64,000 nucleotides of DNA, from the IMG/VR virus record IMGVR_UViG_3300043464_001679, positions 1-64,000 of that record. One strand, 5' to 3'. Source of the stretch: a virus. The notes beneath the pieces were generated by a model. It was not told the DNA's origin. It saw nothing but the letters and a program-made list of their open reading frames with translations, and did no database searches. Every line of letters starts with the position of its first letter. Position 1 is the first letter of the stretch. This document shows positions 10,202 through 22,100 of this stretch, piece by piece. A program made the position numbers and the translations under genes.

Positions 10202-10606
10202 ATGGCAGAAAGATTTATAAACATAGCATTCCCGTTTAGAGATGATGAAGTAAAAAACTACTTCCTCCAAATGAATAAAAATAGTTATGATGCTATTAAA
10301 TCTGATTTAATACATCTTTTATTAACAACACCAGGGGATAGATTATATTTACCAGACTTTGGTACAAATTTAAGACAATATTTATTTGAACCTAATGATA
10401 ATAAAGTTAGAGATGATATTAAAACTGAAATACAAACCGCTGTTAGCAAGTATATACCAAATCTAACAATAACAACTTTAACTGTTGATAGACCCCAAGA
10501 TAATGAATATGGTAGTAAATCAGAACACACCGCTATAGTTCGTATTGATTACGTGGTTACTGAAGGGGCTTTAAATAAAGTGGATTTTATAACATTAACA
10601 GTTTAA
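10202..10606 (+). CDS. baseplate wedge protein, gp25/GPW-like
   Basis: IKSDLIHLLLTTPGDRLYLPDFGTNLRQYLFEP. Confidence 0.9.
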   Translation: MAERFINIAFPFRDDEVKNYFLQMNKNSYDAIKSDLIHLLLTTPGDRLYLPDFGTNLRQYLFEPNDNKVRDDIKTEIQTAVSKYIPNLTITTLTVDRPQDNEYGSKSEHTAIVRIDYVVTEGALNKVDFITLTV

Positions 10607-10617
10607 AATAAAAAAAT

Positions 10618-12504
10618 ATGGCAACACAAAGTAAAAAAATAAATTATTTTGCTAGAAATTTCGCTGACGTAAGAACGGAGTTAGTTAATTTTATTAAATT
10701 ATATTACCCAGAAGTATTTTCTGATTTTAATGATGCCTCAGTTGGTATGATGTTATTAGAATTAAATGCGGCTGTTGGTGATATGTTATCTTACCATACT
10801 GATAGGATGTTTAATGAAACATTTCTTGATTACGCACAAGAAAGAAAAAATGTTTTAGCAATAGCTAGAACATTAGGGTTAAAAATACCTGGATTAAGAC
10901 CTAGTATTACTTTGGTTGATTATTCTGTTGTTGTACCTGTTTATGGTGATACTTGGGATATTAGATATGCCCCTGTAATTAGATTTGGTTCACAAGTTTT
11001 AGGTGGTGGACAAGTTTTTGAAAATTTAGAGGATATTGATTTTTCATCACCTTATACTTCTGGTGGTGTACCTAATAGACTAATTTTACCTAATGTCGAT
11101 GATAATGGTGTTTTACAAAATTATACTATTGTAAAAAGAGAATTAGTAGTTAATGGTCTGACTAAGATATTCAAAAAAACTATATCTCCAGCAGACTCAG
11201 TACCTTTTTTAGAAGTTTTCTTACCTGATACAAATGTTTTATCTATAGAAAGTATTATAAATCTAGAAGGAACAAACTATGTAAACAACCCTACCATAGA
11301 TCAATTTATAGATCCTAGTTTAAGATGGTATGAAATGGACTCATTAGCTGAAGATAAAGTTTTCATTGAAGACGGTACTAGAGTTAGTGATAATGAGTCG
11401 GTAAAACCTGGTAAGTATGTTCATACCACAAGAAAATTTATTAGAGAATTCACTGATAATAATTATTGTAAAATAACTTTTGGTAGTGGGGTTAGTACTG
11501 ACCAAGAACAATCAGAAAGTTTAGTGGCTAGTGGAATAAAAATAGGTGATTTTATCAACACTATCGCTTTAGGTGAAATACCTAAACCTAATACAACAAT
11601 GTTTATTAGATATAGAGCTGGTGGTGGTCCTAGTAGTAACGTGGGTCCTAATATTATAAATGGTGTTGGAAATATGTTAATTAATGTTACAGGACCAAAT
11701 ACGGCAACTAATCAAACTGTTATTAGGTCGTTAAGGGTGAATAATCCAGTTCCAGCTATTGGTGGTGCTGGGGTGCCTTCCGTTGACCAAATAAGACAAT
11801 ATACAAAATATAATTTCGCTTCACAGAACAGAGCTGTAACCATTAAAGATTATGAGGCTATATTGGCTAAAATACCTGGTAAATTTGGTTCACCTTACAG
11901 ACACAAAATCACTGAAACACAAAATAAAATAGTTATTTACACATTAGGTTTAGATGCCTCAGGTAAGTTATCAAACCAATCAACAAATACCTTAAAAGAA
12001 AATATTGCCACTTGGTTAGCTGATTATCGTATGATTAATGATTATGTTTTAGTTGGGGATGGTAGAATAATAAATTTAGCTTTTGAAATGGATTTATTTA
12101 TTGATAAACAAGTAAACCAATCAGAAGTAATAAATAATGTCATAAATAAAGTTAAAAATTATTTTGACATTAAAAAATGGCAAATGGGTGAGACCATTTA
12201 TATGGCTCAATTAGTTGAGAGTATTAATAATGTTGGTGGGGTATTAAACGTTATTGATATTAGGGTTTATAACCTTATTGGGGCACCATACTCATTAAAT
12301 TCAATAACATCACAAAATTTTATACCAACAGCTAGTTTAACATCACCAATACCTTTTAATAACGCACAACAAATAGATTTGGGTAGTGATTACGCCTTAT
12401 TTGGTTCTGTTGATTCTATGTTTGAAATTAAATTCCCTGAAAACGATATAAAAGTAAGAGTAAAAAGAAGTTCTACTGTTACTGATACCGTAAATATCTC
12501 TTAA
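10618..12504 (+). CDS. baseplate wedge protein, T4 gp6/baseplate J-like
   Basis: RNFADVR, DFNDASVGMMLLEL, YRAGGG, QNRAVTIKDY. Confidence 0.85.
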   Translation: MATQSKKINYFARNFADVRTELVNFIKLYYPEVFSDFNDASVGMMLLELNAAVGDMLSYHTDRMFNETFLDYAQERKNVLAIARTLGLKIPGLRPSITLVDYSVVVPVYGDTWDIRYAPVIRFGSQVLGGGQVFENLEDIDFSSPYTSGGVPNRLILPNVDDNGVLQNYTIVKRELVVNGLTKIFKKTISPADSVPFLEVFLPDTNVLSIESIINLEGTNYVNNPTIDQFIDPSLRWYEMDSLAEDKVFIEDGTRVSDNESVKPGKYVHTTRKFIREFTDNNYCKITFGSGVSTDQEQSESLVASGIKIGDFINTIALGEIPKPNTTMFIRYRAGGGPSSNVGPNIINGVGNMLINVTGPNTATNQTVIRSLRVNNPVPAIGGAGVPSVDQIRQYTKYNFASQNRAVTIKDYEAILAKIPGKFGSPYRHKITETQNKIVIYTLGLDASGKLSNQSTNTLKENIATWLADYRMINDYVLVGDGRIINLAFEMDLFIDKQVNQSEVINNVINKVKNYFDIKKWQMGETIYMAQLVESINNVGGVLNVIDIRVYNLIGAPYSLNSITSQNFIPTASLTSPIPFNNAQQIDLGSDYALFGSVDSMFEIKFPENDIKVRVKRSSTVTDTVNIS

Positions 12505-14330
12505 TGGATAATATTAAACAAATAATAGGAAGTGCTAGATATAAATTAGCTCCAGATGAAGATTTTAACTACAAAATACATTTGGAGAGTACTTCTAGCG
12601 GTTTAAAAAATAATCTAAATAAAATAATTTCAGATTTTAGTGCCGAACAACTTTTTACTGATGAAAGAAATGATTCCACAAAATATAGAATTTTAGGTAG
12701 ATTAAATTTAATAACAGACAACTCTATTTTTTATACAGTAACAACTACTTCACCTGGGGGAGTACCTCAAATAACAACGTACCCTTCAAACACAGACTGG
12801 GATTTTTTATTTTATGTTGACCCTGTTAATGGTATACAACCTAAAAATTGGGTTCTACAAATATTATATCCAAGTAAAATTGATAAGTATACTAATGTGG
12901 GTACTAATCAGGCTTATAAAGGTATTTCTATTAATAGTCTCACATCAGTAAATCCTTCTGGTAGTAAAAACCAAGTATTACTTAACACAGAACAAAAAAA
13001 CAAATTATCCTTTGGTGATATTTGTTATGTATACAGTAATACCCATTTTAGTAATTATACTGGTTTTCATACAGTAGAGTATTTGGGTGTTGATGGTAAT
13101 TTTTTAGAAAATAATATTAGATTAACTACTGAATATATAGGACCAGCTAACGGCAATAAGTTAACACTAAAAAGAGTAATTAATGTTTCGGATGACGATA
13201 TTAATTTTGTTGACCCAAAACAAATTTTATCAGCCACACCAACAGACATTAGTGGTAATACCACAGTATCTTTAACTAATGCTAATTACACAACAATTAA
13301 AACAGGTAATTTAACACCTGCTTTTTCAGCTTCTACACATAATCTAAGAAAATCTGATTATGTTGAAATTAGATGCCCGAATGGTCCAGCATTATTAAAC
13401 GGTTTGTATAGAGTAGAACATATAATAGATAGATATAATTTTGTTATAGATTTAAGGACAGGTCTTACTCCTGGTACTAATATACCTTTAGGTGTTATAA
13501 AACCTTTATTTAGGAGATTAGATGGAATACCATCCGATTATTATATTAGAAAATTCACTTTATTAACAAGTAATGAGTATGATGTAAATAAAGCAACTTC
13601 TTTTGGAAATAGCATCTACCCAAAAGTTAATATAAATAAATTGGGTGTTGCTAACGATACTTGGTTGTTCACTTTCACTAATGATATAAATACTGTTGGT
13701 TTATATAGTCATAAAGGTGGTAATTTAACTGAATTATACTTAGGTATTATTAAAAAATCAGGTAAAAATAGTATTGATTGGTCTGATGTGACAGCACATT
13801 GGGATTTCCAATATTTAGTTGCTAACACAGCAAATGGTTTAGAAACAATATCAGAAAATAACCCGTTAGGTGGTGGGTCTATAGAAAAAAATATCCCTAA
13901 CTCTAGTGAATATTTTGGTGATTTTGTTGAATATAATAGGGGTGAGATTACGGAAAAAATAGTATCTAAAATAGTACATAGATTTGCTTTAAATAACAAT
14001 AACACACCACAAAGGGGTTATTACTATGATCCATTCCAAAGAATTTATATTAGAAAATTTTCTAATATAATAGAAACAGCCTTCACTGACGATAATGTTA
14101 TTGGTATACCTGGTGACGCTGAATTAAGACCCAATAAATCTTATGAATGGAAAGATATTTTAGAACCTGGTTATATAGAAGAAGGTAATAATGGTGTTGA
14201 TTACCCATTTTTAAATGGTGCTAATTACATATTTTTAAATAAATACGTTTATTTAAGAAGACAAATACCAGATGTACCGATACCAGTGACAAATAACACT
14301 AATAGCCAAAAAATAAGTCTAATCTGTTAA
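12504..14330 (+). CDS. putative virion structural (baseplate/tail) protein
   Basis: 608 aa, beta-rich and N/T-rich, coupled within the baseplate operon. Confidence 0.55.
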   Translation: MDNIKQIIGSARYKLAPDEDFNYKIHLESTSSGLKNNLNKIISDFSAEQLFTDERNDSTKYRILGRLNLITDNSIFYTVTTTSPGGVPQITTYPSNTDWDFLFYVDPVNGIQPKNWVLQILYPSKIDKYTNVGTNQAYKGISINSLTSVNPSGSKNQVLLNTEQKNKLSFGDICYVYSNTHFSNYTGFHTVEYLGVDGNFLENNIRLTTEYIGPANGNKLTLKRVINVSDDDINFVDPKQILSATPTDISGNTTVSLTNANYTTIKTGNLTPAFSASTHNLRKSDYVEIRCPNGPALLNGLYRVEHIIDRYNFVIDLRTGLTPGTNIPLGVIKPLFRRLDGIPSDYYIRKFTLLTSNEYDVNKATSFGNSIYPKVNINKLGVANDTWLFTFTNDINTVGLYSHKGGNLTELYLGIIKKSGKNSIDWSDVTAHWDFQYLVANTANGLETISENNPLGGGSIEKNIPNSSEYFGDFVEYNRGEITEKIVSKIVHRFALNNNNTPQRGYYYDPFQRIYIRKFSNIIETAFTDDNVIGIPGDAELRPNKSYEWKDILEPGYIEEGNNGVDYPFLNGANYIFLNKYVYLRRQIPDVPIPVTNNTNSQKISLIC

Positions 14331-15349
14331 TGAGTGTTTATAGATATCAAATAAGGAATAATTTTACTAATTTAACTGGTGGTACAATAGATCCCATGTT
14401 AAATCCTGCCACTGGTACACAAGAGTTTACTAGTTATTTAACCACTTATAGTAATAAACCTGGACAGAATTTTTCTAATGACACTTCCCCAGTAAATTTT
14501 GCTGAAAATTATTTTTTAAAACCTTTGTTTAATAATATTAAAGATTTATTAAATAACGGTGGGATACAAGAATTTTATGATATAACAAATCAAGGAATTT
14601 TAATATCTTCTGGGGCTACGATAGATCCAAAATATAACTATAAAAACATAAACATACCGGTAAACCTAAAAATAGAACCAGCAGATTATTCTGATGATAT
14701 TAATTCTTTTATAAAAAGAGAAAAATTAAAATCTATAAACCCTATAATAGATGGTGAGAGAGTTAAATACTTAACAACAGATTACCAACCAATAACAATA
14801 AATTTTAGGTTTTATAATAAAAACTCTGACTCCTTTGTTCCACCTGGCACAAATACTGGTGAAGGTTATCAGGCAGCAGGTTTTTTACCATCTGAAATAG
14901 GTTTAAAAAATAATTTTAAGAAAAGTTATTTTAGATTATATTTTTATGATAATAATGATACTAAAACACAAAATTTATTATTAACTGAAGATATAAGTAC
15001 CTATGGTAGTACAATACCTTCGTTTAATTTTAGTAAAATTTTTTGGTTAAAGAATGACCCAGTATTCTCTTCTACTACTATCATTAATAGGAGGGTTTAC
15101 ATGGAAGCAAGATTTTTTAATGCTAAAACTGGTAGAGTACATAGATTTATTAATACCCCTTTAAGCGTATCTTTTCCGGTAAACATAAGTATATTAGCTA
15201 ACAACCAAAGTTGGAAAAGTAGTAAAATTTTAATATTAAATCCTAAATTAAATAATGGAAATAGATATTTTGAAATAGACCAATCACTACCACTTGGGGC
15301 TAACACTACGAATAGTATAACATTTACAGAATATGTACTAGAAGTTTAA
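14330..15349 (+). CDS. putative virion structural protein
   Basis: 339 aa, translationally coupled. Confidence 0.5.
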   Translation: MSVYRYQIRNNFTNLTGGTIDPMLNPATGTQEFTSYLTTYSNKPGQNFSNDTSPVNFAENYFLKPLFNNIKDLLNNGGIQEFYDITNQGILISSGATIDPKYNYKNINIPVNLKIEPADYSDDINSFIKREKLKSINPIIDGERVKYLTTDYQPITINFRFYNKNSDSFVPPGTNTGEGYQAAGFLPSEIGLKNNFKKSYFRLYFYDNNDTKTQNLLLTEDISTYGSTIPSFNFSKIFWLKNDPVFSSTTIINRRVYMEARFFNAKTGRVHRFINTPLSVSFPVNISILANNQSWKSSKILILNPKLNNGNRYFEIDQSLPLGANTTNSITFTEYVLEV

Positions 15350-15350
15350 A

Positions 15351-17810
15351 ATGAGTTTTTATAATAGAAAAATACAATATTACAAATCTTTTAAATTAAT
15401 TGATACAGACGGTGATGGTGTTAATGATACCATGGCATATAGCCCAATATCTGAATATTATTACCTACAATTTGGATTAGATCAAGATGTTAGGGATATT
15501 GGGCATTACACAAAAGGTGTTGAGTTAAAAAAACCTTTTCTTGAAATAATACCCTCTATTGGTCTTTGGTCTAAAAAATCTTTTAACGATAATACTAATA
15601 AAAGCCCATTCTCAACACCAATTGAATCTGGTACAACAATACCTTTTTGTAACGACCCAGAAGCCAATAACTATAATTCATCTTTATTTGGTTTAGACGG
15701 TTATTTACCTTGTACTGAAAATGAATGTTGTACTTACAACCAAACAAAAAATTATACTAAAACTAAGTCTAACACAATAGAAGAAGATTTAAATTGTTTA
15801 GCCTTTTATACCGATTGGGGTCCATGGAACAACGAATTAATTTATAACGATACTAAACAATCATTTATAAAAAAAACAGATTGTAGTTTTTCTTTAAGGT
15901 TAATAAATCAATTAAGTATTGAAAATGAATTTGTTAAAGGTGGTTGGTATGGTTCCTCTATTTTAATAGAGGTGGATAGTGGTCTTGGTTACACAATTTT
16001 AGAACCTGGAAATCCTATAATATACAATATAGACAATGGAATTGTTTTCAACCAAGAAAGTAAAACTTTTACTTTAGATGATAAAATTAGAGTTTGGAAA
16101 GCCAATTCTAATACAAACCCAAATAAGTATTACACAACAAAACCTTATAGAGATATAACTTTTAAGGCTGACAATAATAGTAAAATTAGGGTAACTTATT
16201 TTAATTCCAATATTGATATTACTTCATACCAAAAATACGCTAAATATTTAAGATTACAAACAATAAAAGGTAGTGTCCCGTCAACAATACCAACACCACC
16301 AACATTAACAACAATATTAAGTGGTTTTACTTGGGCTCAAAATTTAGAAAATATAAACAATTTTTTAGGTACACCAATTAATAGACAAAACGAAAACGAA
16401 ACTTTCCATTTTATAAATGATGGTGAAATAGAAACTAAACATATAACTTGGAATAATTATTTAAACGGTTATAAAAACCCTACAACAAAAGTTTATTGGG
16501 GGCCTTCTTCTAGTGAAATAGAGGTTGGTACTTTTTATTCTAATCCTGGTGTAGGTGTATTAAGTGATTTTGGTGATTCTATCACAAAAAATATTTTATA
16601 CGGAATAAACAATAGTGATTTAAATTATTTTAGTAACCCTGAAGAATTATTAGAAGAGTATATTTTTACTTGTGAAACTAAAGAAAATTATATTTCTTTT
16701 TTTGATAGAAATGGTGATGGTATTGTAGAAAGTGGTAAAAACGGTTCAGTAGATGATGGTTTATTTAGTAAAACTAGGTATGATTCACCATATATTTTTA
16801 TAAAACCAGGTACAACAGACGGGGTAGAACTTTTAATTGATAATCCGTTAACTATTACCTCAGAACAAGAAAAAGATTTTCCTTATAGTCCAAGTTCAGT
16901 AGGTGGTTGGAAAAATTATGCTTACGTTACTACTAATTTATCTAAACAATTAAGTAATAATACGGGTAAATACTCTTTTAAAAATGTTTCACCTACATGT
17001 CAAATGGGTGGAATCAACAATTTAAAAACTTTTGATGGTAACTTAGTAGATTCATCAAACGTGAATATATTTTTACAACAACCAATATTTAATGACATCT
17101 CACAGAAAGCTGATTTTGGTACTGGAACGACTGTACCTCATTTATGGAATAGTGACTTTATAAAATATAAAGGTGGTTGTTGTAGTAAATCTTATGACAG
17201 TTCATTAGATATATCTAAAAACGGACCTTATTATAATAGTGAGTGTTTTAATTGTCATACTCAAATGACATCTAGGTCTGCACAACCTATTTTGGAAAAT
17301 TCAGTTAGAATATCTATGCAAACAACTGATAGTGATGTTTATTACGGACCTTTTTATGACCCTCAAAACCCAACTTATAACGGTTACGGTTTAGCTTTTT
17401 CAAAGGCAAATAAATTTTGTAGAGAAGTTAAAAATAAAAATGGTGTTGAGGTCATAAATTCTGAAACTGGTGTAAACGGTGATGAACTTTACCTTGGTGG
17501 TATATTACACGGAGGTGGTGTACAGTATACCCCGAATACAAGTTTAGAGAATAATTATGGGGTAATAAAAAGTGTTCAGTTAGGTTTTGAGGAGATAACA
17601 TCAGTAAATTCTAATTCAAATTGTGTTAATGGAACTAAAATACCTCTTAAATGTAGTAAAGTATTTAATGACCCTAACTGTCCAAAGAACAATTGTATGA
17701 AATGTATATTTTGTTTTAAATGTAATTCAGAGGATAAACAACCTGGCATATTTACAGGTAATAACAGTGACCTAAAAGGGCCAACTGACGGTATAAATTA
17801 TTTAGGGTGA
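15351..17810 (+). CDS. Cys-rich putative virion structural protein with Ca-binding-like loops
   Basis: DTDGDGVND and DRNGDGIVE DxDxDG loops, CNDPEANNYN motif, Cys-rich C-terminus. Confidence 0.5.
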   Translation: MSFYNRKIQYYKSFKLIDTDGDGVNDTMAYSPISEYYYLQFGLDQDVRDIGHYTKGVELKKPFLEIIPSIGLWSKKSFNDNTNKSPFSTPIESGTTIPFCNDPEANNYNSSLFGLDGYLPCTENECCTYNQTKNYTKTKSNTIEEDLNCLAFYTDWGPWNNELIYNDTKQSFIKKTDCSFSLRLINQLSIENEFVKGGWYGSSILIEVDSGLGYTILEPGNPIIYNIDNGIVFNQESKTFTLDDKIRVWKANSNTNPNKYYTTKPYRDITFKADNNSKIRVTYFNSNIDITSYQKYAKYLRLQTIKGSVPSTIPTPPTLTTILSGFTWAQNLENINNFLGTPINRQNENETFHFINDGEIETKHITWNNYLNGYKNPTTKVYWGPSSSEIEVGTFYSNPGVGVLSDFGDSITKNILYGINNSDLNYFSNPEELLEEYIFTCETKENYISFFDRNGDGIVESGKNGSVDDGLFSKTRYDSPYIFIKPGTTDGVELLIDNPLTITSEQEKDFPYSPSSVGGWKNYAYVTTNLSKQLSNNTGKYSFKNVSPTCQMGGINNLKTFDGNLVDSSNVNIFLQQPIFNDISQKADFGTGTTVPHLWNSDFIKYKGGCCSKSYDSSLDISKNGPYYNSECFNCHTQMTSRSAQPILENSVRISMQTTDSDVYYGPFYDPQNPTYNGYGLAFSKANKFCREVKNKNGVEVINSETGVNGDELYLGGILHGGGVQYTPNTSLENNYGVIKSVQLGFEEITSVNSNSNCVNGTKIPLKCSKVFNDPNCPKNNCMKCIFCFKCNSEDKQPGIFTGNNSDLKGPTDGINYLG

Positions 17811-18286
17811 TAATTACAGGATTTACAGACTCAAGGCTAAATGAAGTTAAAACTTATGACGATAATAATCCTTATGTTGTAGGCGTAAACGGTGTTACAA
17901 ATGTTGTTTACGAAACTACTTATGGTATCGATTCTTCAGGTAATACTTTAACAGAACAATCATTATCTAGTGTTGAATATGAAATAAATGGTATTAAATA
18001 TACCACTAATATATTAAACCCGTTGTTCCCAGACTCAAATCTATTTTTTAAAACACAGACTGTTTATTTTTTTGAAAGTAGTGGGTTAACTGTACAAAAT
18101 ATAAACTTAATAAAAAGAGAAGCTGAAATGGGTATATCTTTTCCTCCTAAAGTTGAAAATCAGATATTTATTGAAAGACAGTCAATATCGGTATTTGAAA
18201 GACATTTAAGATTGGAAGATATAGAAAGTATTGATCAGTTTGATACATATAGAAATGGATATTACAATATTTTTAATATAGAATAA
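17807..18286 (+). CDS. putative virion structural protein
   Basis: 159 aa; GTG start overlaps the upstream stop. Confidence 0.5.
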   Translation: MIITGFTDSRLNEVKTYDDNNPYVVGVNGVTNVVYETTYGIDSSGNTLTEQSLSSVEYEINGIKYTTNILNPLFPDSNLFFKTQTVYFFESSGLTVQNINLIKREAEMGISFPPKVENQIFIERQSISVFERHLRLEDIESIDQFDTYRNGYYNIFNIE

Positions 18287-18287
18287 A

Positions 18288-19181
18288 ATGGCTACAGGAA
18301 ATTACGGAACAATAAGACCGGCTAACGTATCACCAGATGATATAGATATTTTTTATACCTACTCACCTAGTAGAGACGTACCACCTACAGTTCCCGTTAG
18401 AGTTTTAGATGCTAACTCTTTTTTAACACAATTTAATAACCCATTAAGCGTTAATGGAGTACAACCAATATTGGGCGGTCTATATAACTTAAATTTACCG
18501 GCAAACCTTTTTTCTTCAAAAGGTTACTACACAATAATGATAAGACCTAAGCAATACTATGTAACAATAGCTGATTGTGGTGTTTTATCTGCTTATCCTG
18601 ATATAAAAGGTATTGTATTTAATACAAATGACTTACCACCAATCTTAGCACAAAATGATTCTATGGTTGGTTATAGAATAGAATATTTGGATGACACTAA
18701 TCAAATATTACCGAATACTTATAGAATTGTAACATCAGCTAATTTAACTGAGGCGGTTAATCAAAATTTATCTAATACCTCACAAAAAGCTATTAGATAT
18801 AGATTTAATGACAATTCTAATTTATTGTTCTGTACATTAACACCTTCCTCACCTTCAGTAGTAACACCAAATAAAATACCTTTTATTGGTTCACCTGGAC
18901 AATCGGTTGTAATAACAAACACATTTTTTAATCCAATTACTATTGAATTAGAAATGGTTGAACATGATATTGAGACATTAGCTTACGGTTTATTTGGTAA
19001 CCAAAGTAAAAGTATTGCTGATGGTAAATACACTATCTACGATTTTGATAATAGAATTTATAAACAATACAATCTTTACGAAATACAAGATCAGTTTACT
19101 AGTCAACCACTTTATGAAATTAGAGAAGAAGTTGATGAAATTGATGATACTAAAGATTTTGATACAATAACTACCCTTTAA
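18288..19181 (+). CDS. putative virion structural protein
   Basis: 297 aa in the tail operon. Confidence 0.55.
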   Translation: MATGNYGTIRPANVSPDDIDIFYTYSPSRDVPPTVPVRVLDANSFLTQFNNPLSVNGVQPILGGLYNLNLPANLFSSKGYYTIMIRPKQYYVTIADCGVLSAYPDIKGIVFNTNDLPPILAQNDSMVGYRIEYLDDTNQILPNTYRIVTSANLTEAVNQNLSNTSQKAIRYRFNDNSNLLFCTLTPSSPSVVTPNKIPFIGSPGQSVVITNTFFNPITIELEMVEHDIETLAYGLFGNQSKSIADGKYTIYDFDNRIYKQYNLYEIQDQFTSQPLYEIREEVDEIDDTKDFDTITTL

Positions 19182-19196
19182 AATTTTTAAAATTTA

Positions 19197-22100
19197 ATGC
19201 CTAATAAAATAGTAGTACCGGGGTCAATAACAGAACCATATAAAATAGGTCAAGGTGACTTTGCCCCAAATTTGGTGGGACAACAATTTACAGATGGTGT
19301 TACACTTTTTACTTTAGGTAATTTTGCTATTACAACTAACGCTAATCCCGTTACTAGTAATGTTTATAGTACTGGTACATTTTCTGAATCTTATAATTTA
19401 AATGATTTAGATTTAACCAACATAGACTCAGAAGAATTATCAAACGAAAGTTTAAAAATAATTCTAAATTTAGATCCCAACAGGATAGAAAGATATGTTT
19501 ACTTTGGTAGTTTTTATGAATTTATTAAAAGTAATATAGAACAAATTTTATTAAAATGGAAAGGTTCTTTATTTATAGAAAATTTATTAGACGATGACCC
19601 AACTAGAACATATAAAAACACTGTCCTTAATTATCAATATGATAGTTTGTCAGGTACTTCCACTTTTAAAATACCGACAGTTTTAATAAAAAATAAATTC
19701 GCTTTAATTTATAGTAGTGAAGTACTCTTTAGTACATATGATAATTATGGTGATATTTCTAATTTAAATACAAGTTTCCAAGATTACCAAATAAGTAATA
19801 TTTTCGGTGATTTTTATGTTTTAGGTTTTACTGGTAGTACTAATATAGATAACTACATTTATTTACAGGTTAATGGTAATCCTTGGCCAAATTTAGTGGG
19901 TGTTGGTTTTGGTAGTTTCAATTATCACGTAAGACCCAAAGAAGAAATTATAAATAAATATTTTTTTAGTAAGTTAAATGAGTTTGAGTCACTAATATTA
20001 AACAGATTAGTATCACCACCTTATACAATATCTGTTGATTTACCATTAAGAAATGAATCTGGGGCAATCTTTTCTAGTAATAGAAGATTAACTTGGCCAA
20101 CAACAGACGGTTATAATTTAGATAATGGATCAACAGAATTCACCAACTATCTTAATGATTGGATAGACATAGCTTTACAAATGGACCAAAATAAAACAGA
20201 CCTTGTTGCTAGAAGGTTTGTTACTGAGTCTATTATAGAGTTTGATACTGAAGGTGATGGTACTGAAATTTATGGTAGAAAAGTTAATAAATTATTAAGA
20301 CTTTATGGAAGAGAGTTTGACCAAGTAAAACAATATATAGATGGTATAACATTTTCTAGGGTAGTTACTTATAATAAAAAAGATAACACCGCTGATGAGT
20401 TAGTGAAAGTATTAGCTTCAGAATTAGGTTTAGATGTTTTATTAAGTTATTTTGATAATAATTTATTTGGTAATTTCTTACCTTCTAATTCTGGTGAAGA
20501 GGGGTATGGGGCAACTTTTAATACACCTTTTTCGGGTTATTCTAGGGGTTTATCCCCAAGAGAGCTAGACTTTGAGTTATGGAGAAGATTAGTTATAAAT
20601 GCTTGGTGGTTATTTAAATCAAAAGGTCATAGAAAAGTTTTAGAGTTTTTCCTTAATTTATTTAGAATACAAGAGTGTGTGGTTAGTTTAGATGAGTACT
20701 TATACATAGTTAAGGACAGACTTAATGTTGATGAAACGTTAAATACGATTGCTGATTATCTAGGTATTCCATTAGATGAATTATTAGTACAAAGTGGTGA
20801 TGGTATTATAAATGGTGGTTATCCTATAGATAATTTTGGGTTCCCTTATATACAACCATTTGACGTGGCCACAGAAGATAATGATAGAGTCACAAGGTAC
20901 TATCAAGCTTATGGTTTTTGGTATAATGGAGGTAATTTATCTGATTTAGGTAATAACCCACACATTGGTGTATATGATTATGGTAAACATTATGTAGATG
21001 GTTTTAGATGTTTTATTGATAATTTTTCAGCAGTTACAATAAATACGGTAAACTTTATAACATTAGATAATTTATTCACAGAATATAGTACAGAGGATTC
21101 TAACACACAAGATAATGTACCTTCTTATGGTGAAAATTTTGCTGAAATATTAAATAATAATGGACAAGTTTCATCTAACGCTACTATTTTAGCCGCAGGA
21201 GCTTCTACTGACATTGTTTATAATAGTAATAGTACACCAATAAGAATCACATTTAATTATGGTGGTTCTAACTGTGAATTAACGTGCCCTACTGATTTAG
21301 TTTACTATGATAATGGTGTAATATTCGCTAACGAACAAACAACTTTAATTTTAACCGAATCTAATATAAGTGGTTATATAGATACAAATCAACAAGATTT
21401 AATTGATGCAACAGAAATATCACAAACTTGTTGTTTGGAATTGGGTGGATATTATTTACCAGCTAGTACTTTAATACCTAATGGTGTTGGTGGTGGAATA
21501 TGCCCTTCTGAAGGACAATTAATGATATTAGAATCTGGATTAGTTTTAGGAATAAATAAACAAGCTTGTTGCCAAAATAGTGTAGTAGGTTCTAATGTTT
21601 ACTGGGATGGTAGTAGGTGTTTACTTGTAGGTACTAATATTAATGCCGTAGAAGATATTTTTACTGTAAACGAATTATTTGGTAATACTATTACAGATAA
21701 TTTAGCTTGTTTTTGGTGTCCACCAACAAAATTAGTTTGTGACGATGATTATTATAACCTTAAATCAAATATTACAGTAGAACCTAATAAACGTGAAGTT
21801 AAAGGTGTGAGTATTAACACTGATTTCACTTTTAAAAGTGGTTGTAATTTAGCTAATGGTAGTCTTTACACAGACCCAGATGGTTATACATATGTAATAC
21901 AAGAGTCACCTAGTACATTACCATTAATAATGTGTGATTCATTTTATAGTAGTAGTTGGGAACAAATACCTGGGTCTACTCTATTTCAAAAAGGATGTTG
22001 TAAAGGTTATAGAACATGTGATAAAGTAAGTACATTAGATAGTACTGGTTGTGAAATAAATCCCCTAACAGTGGTGACTAGACCTGATAAAGTTTTAATT

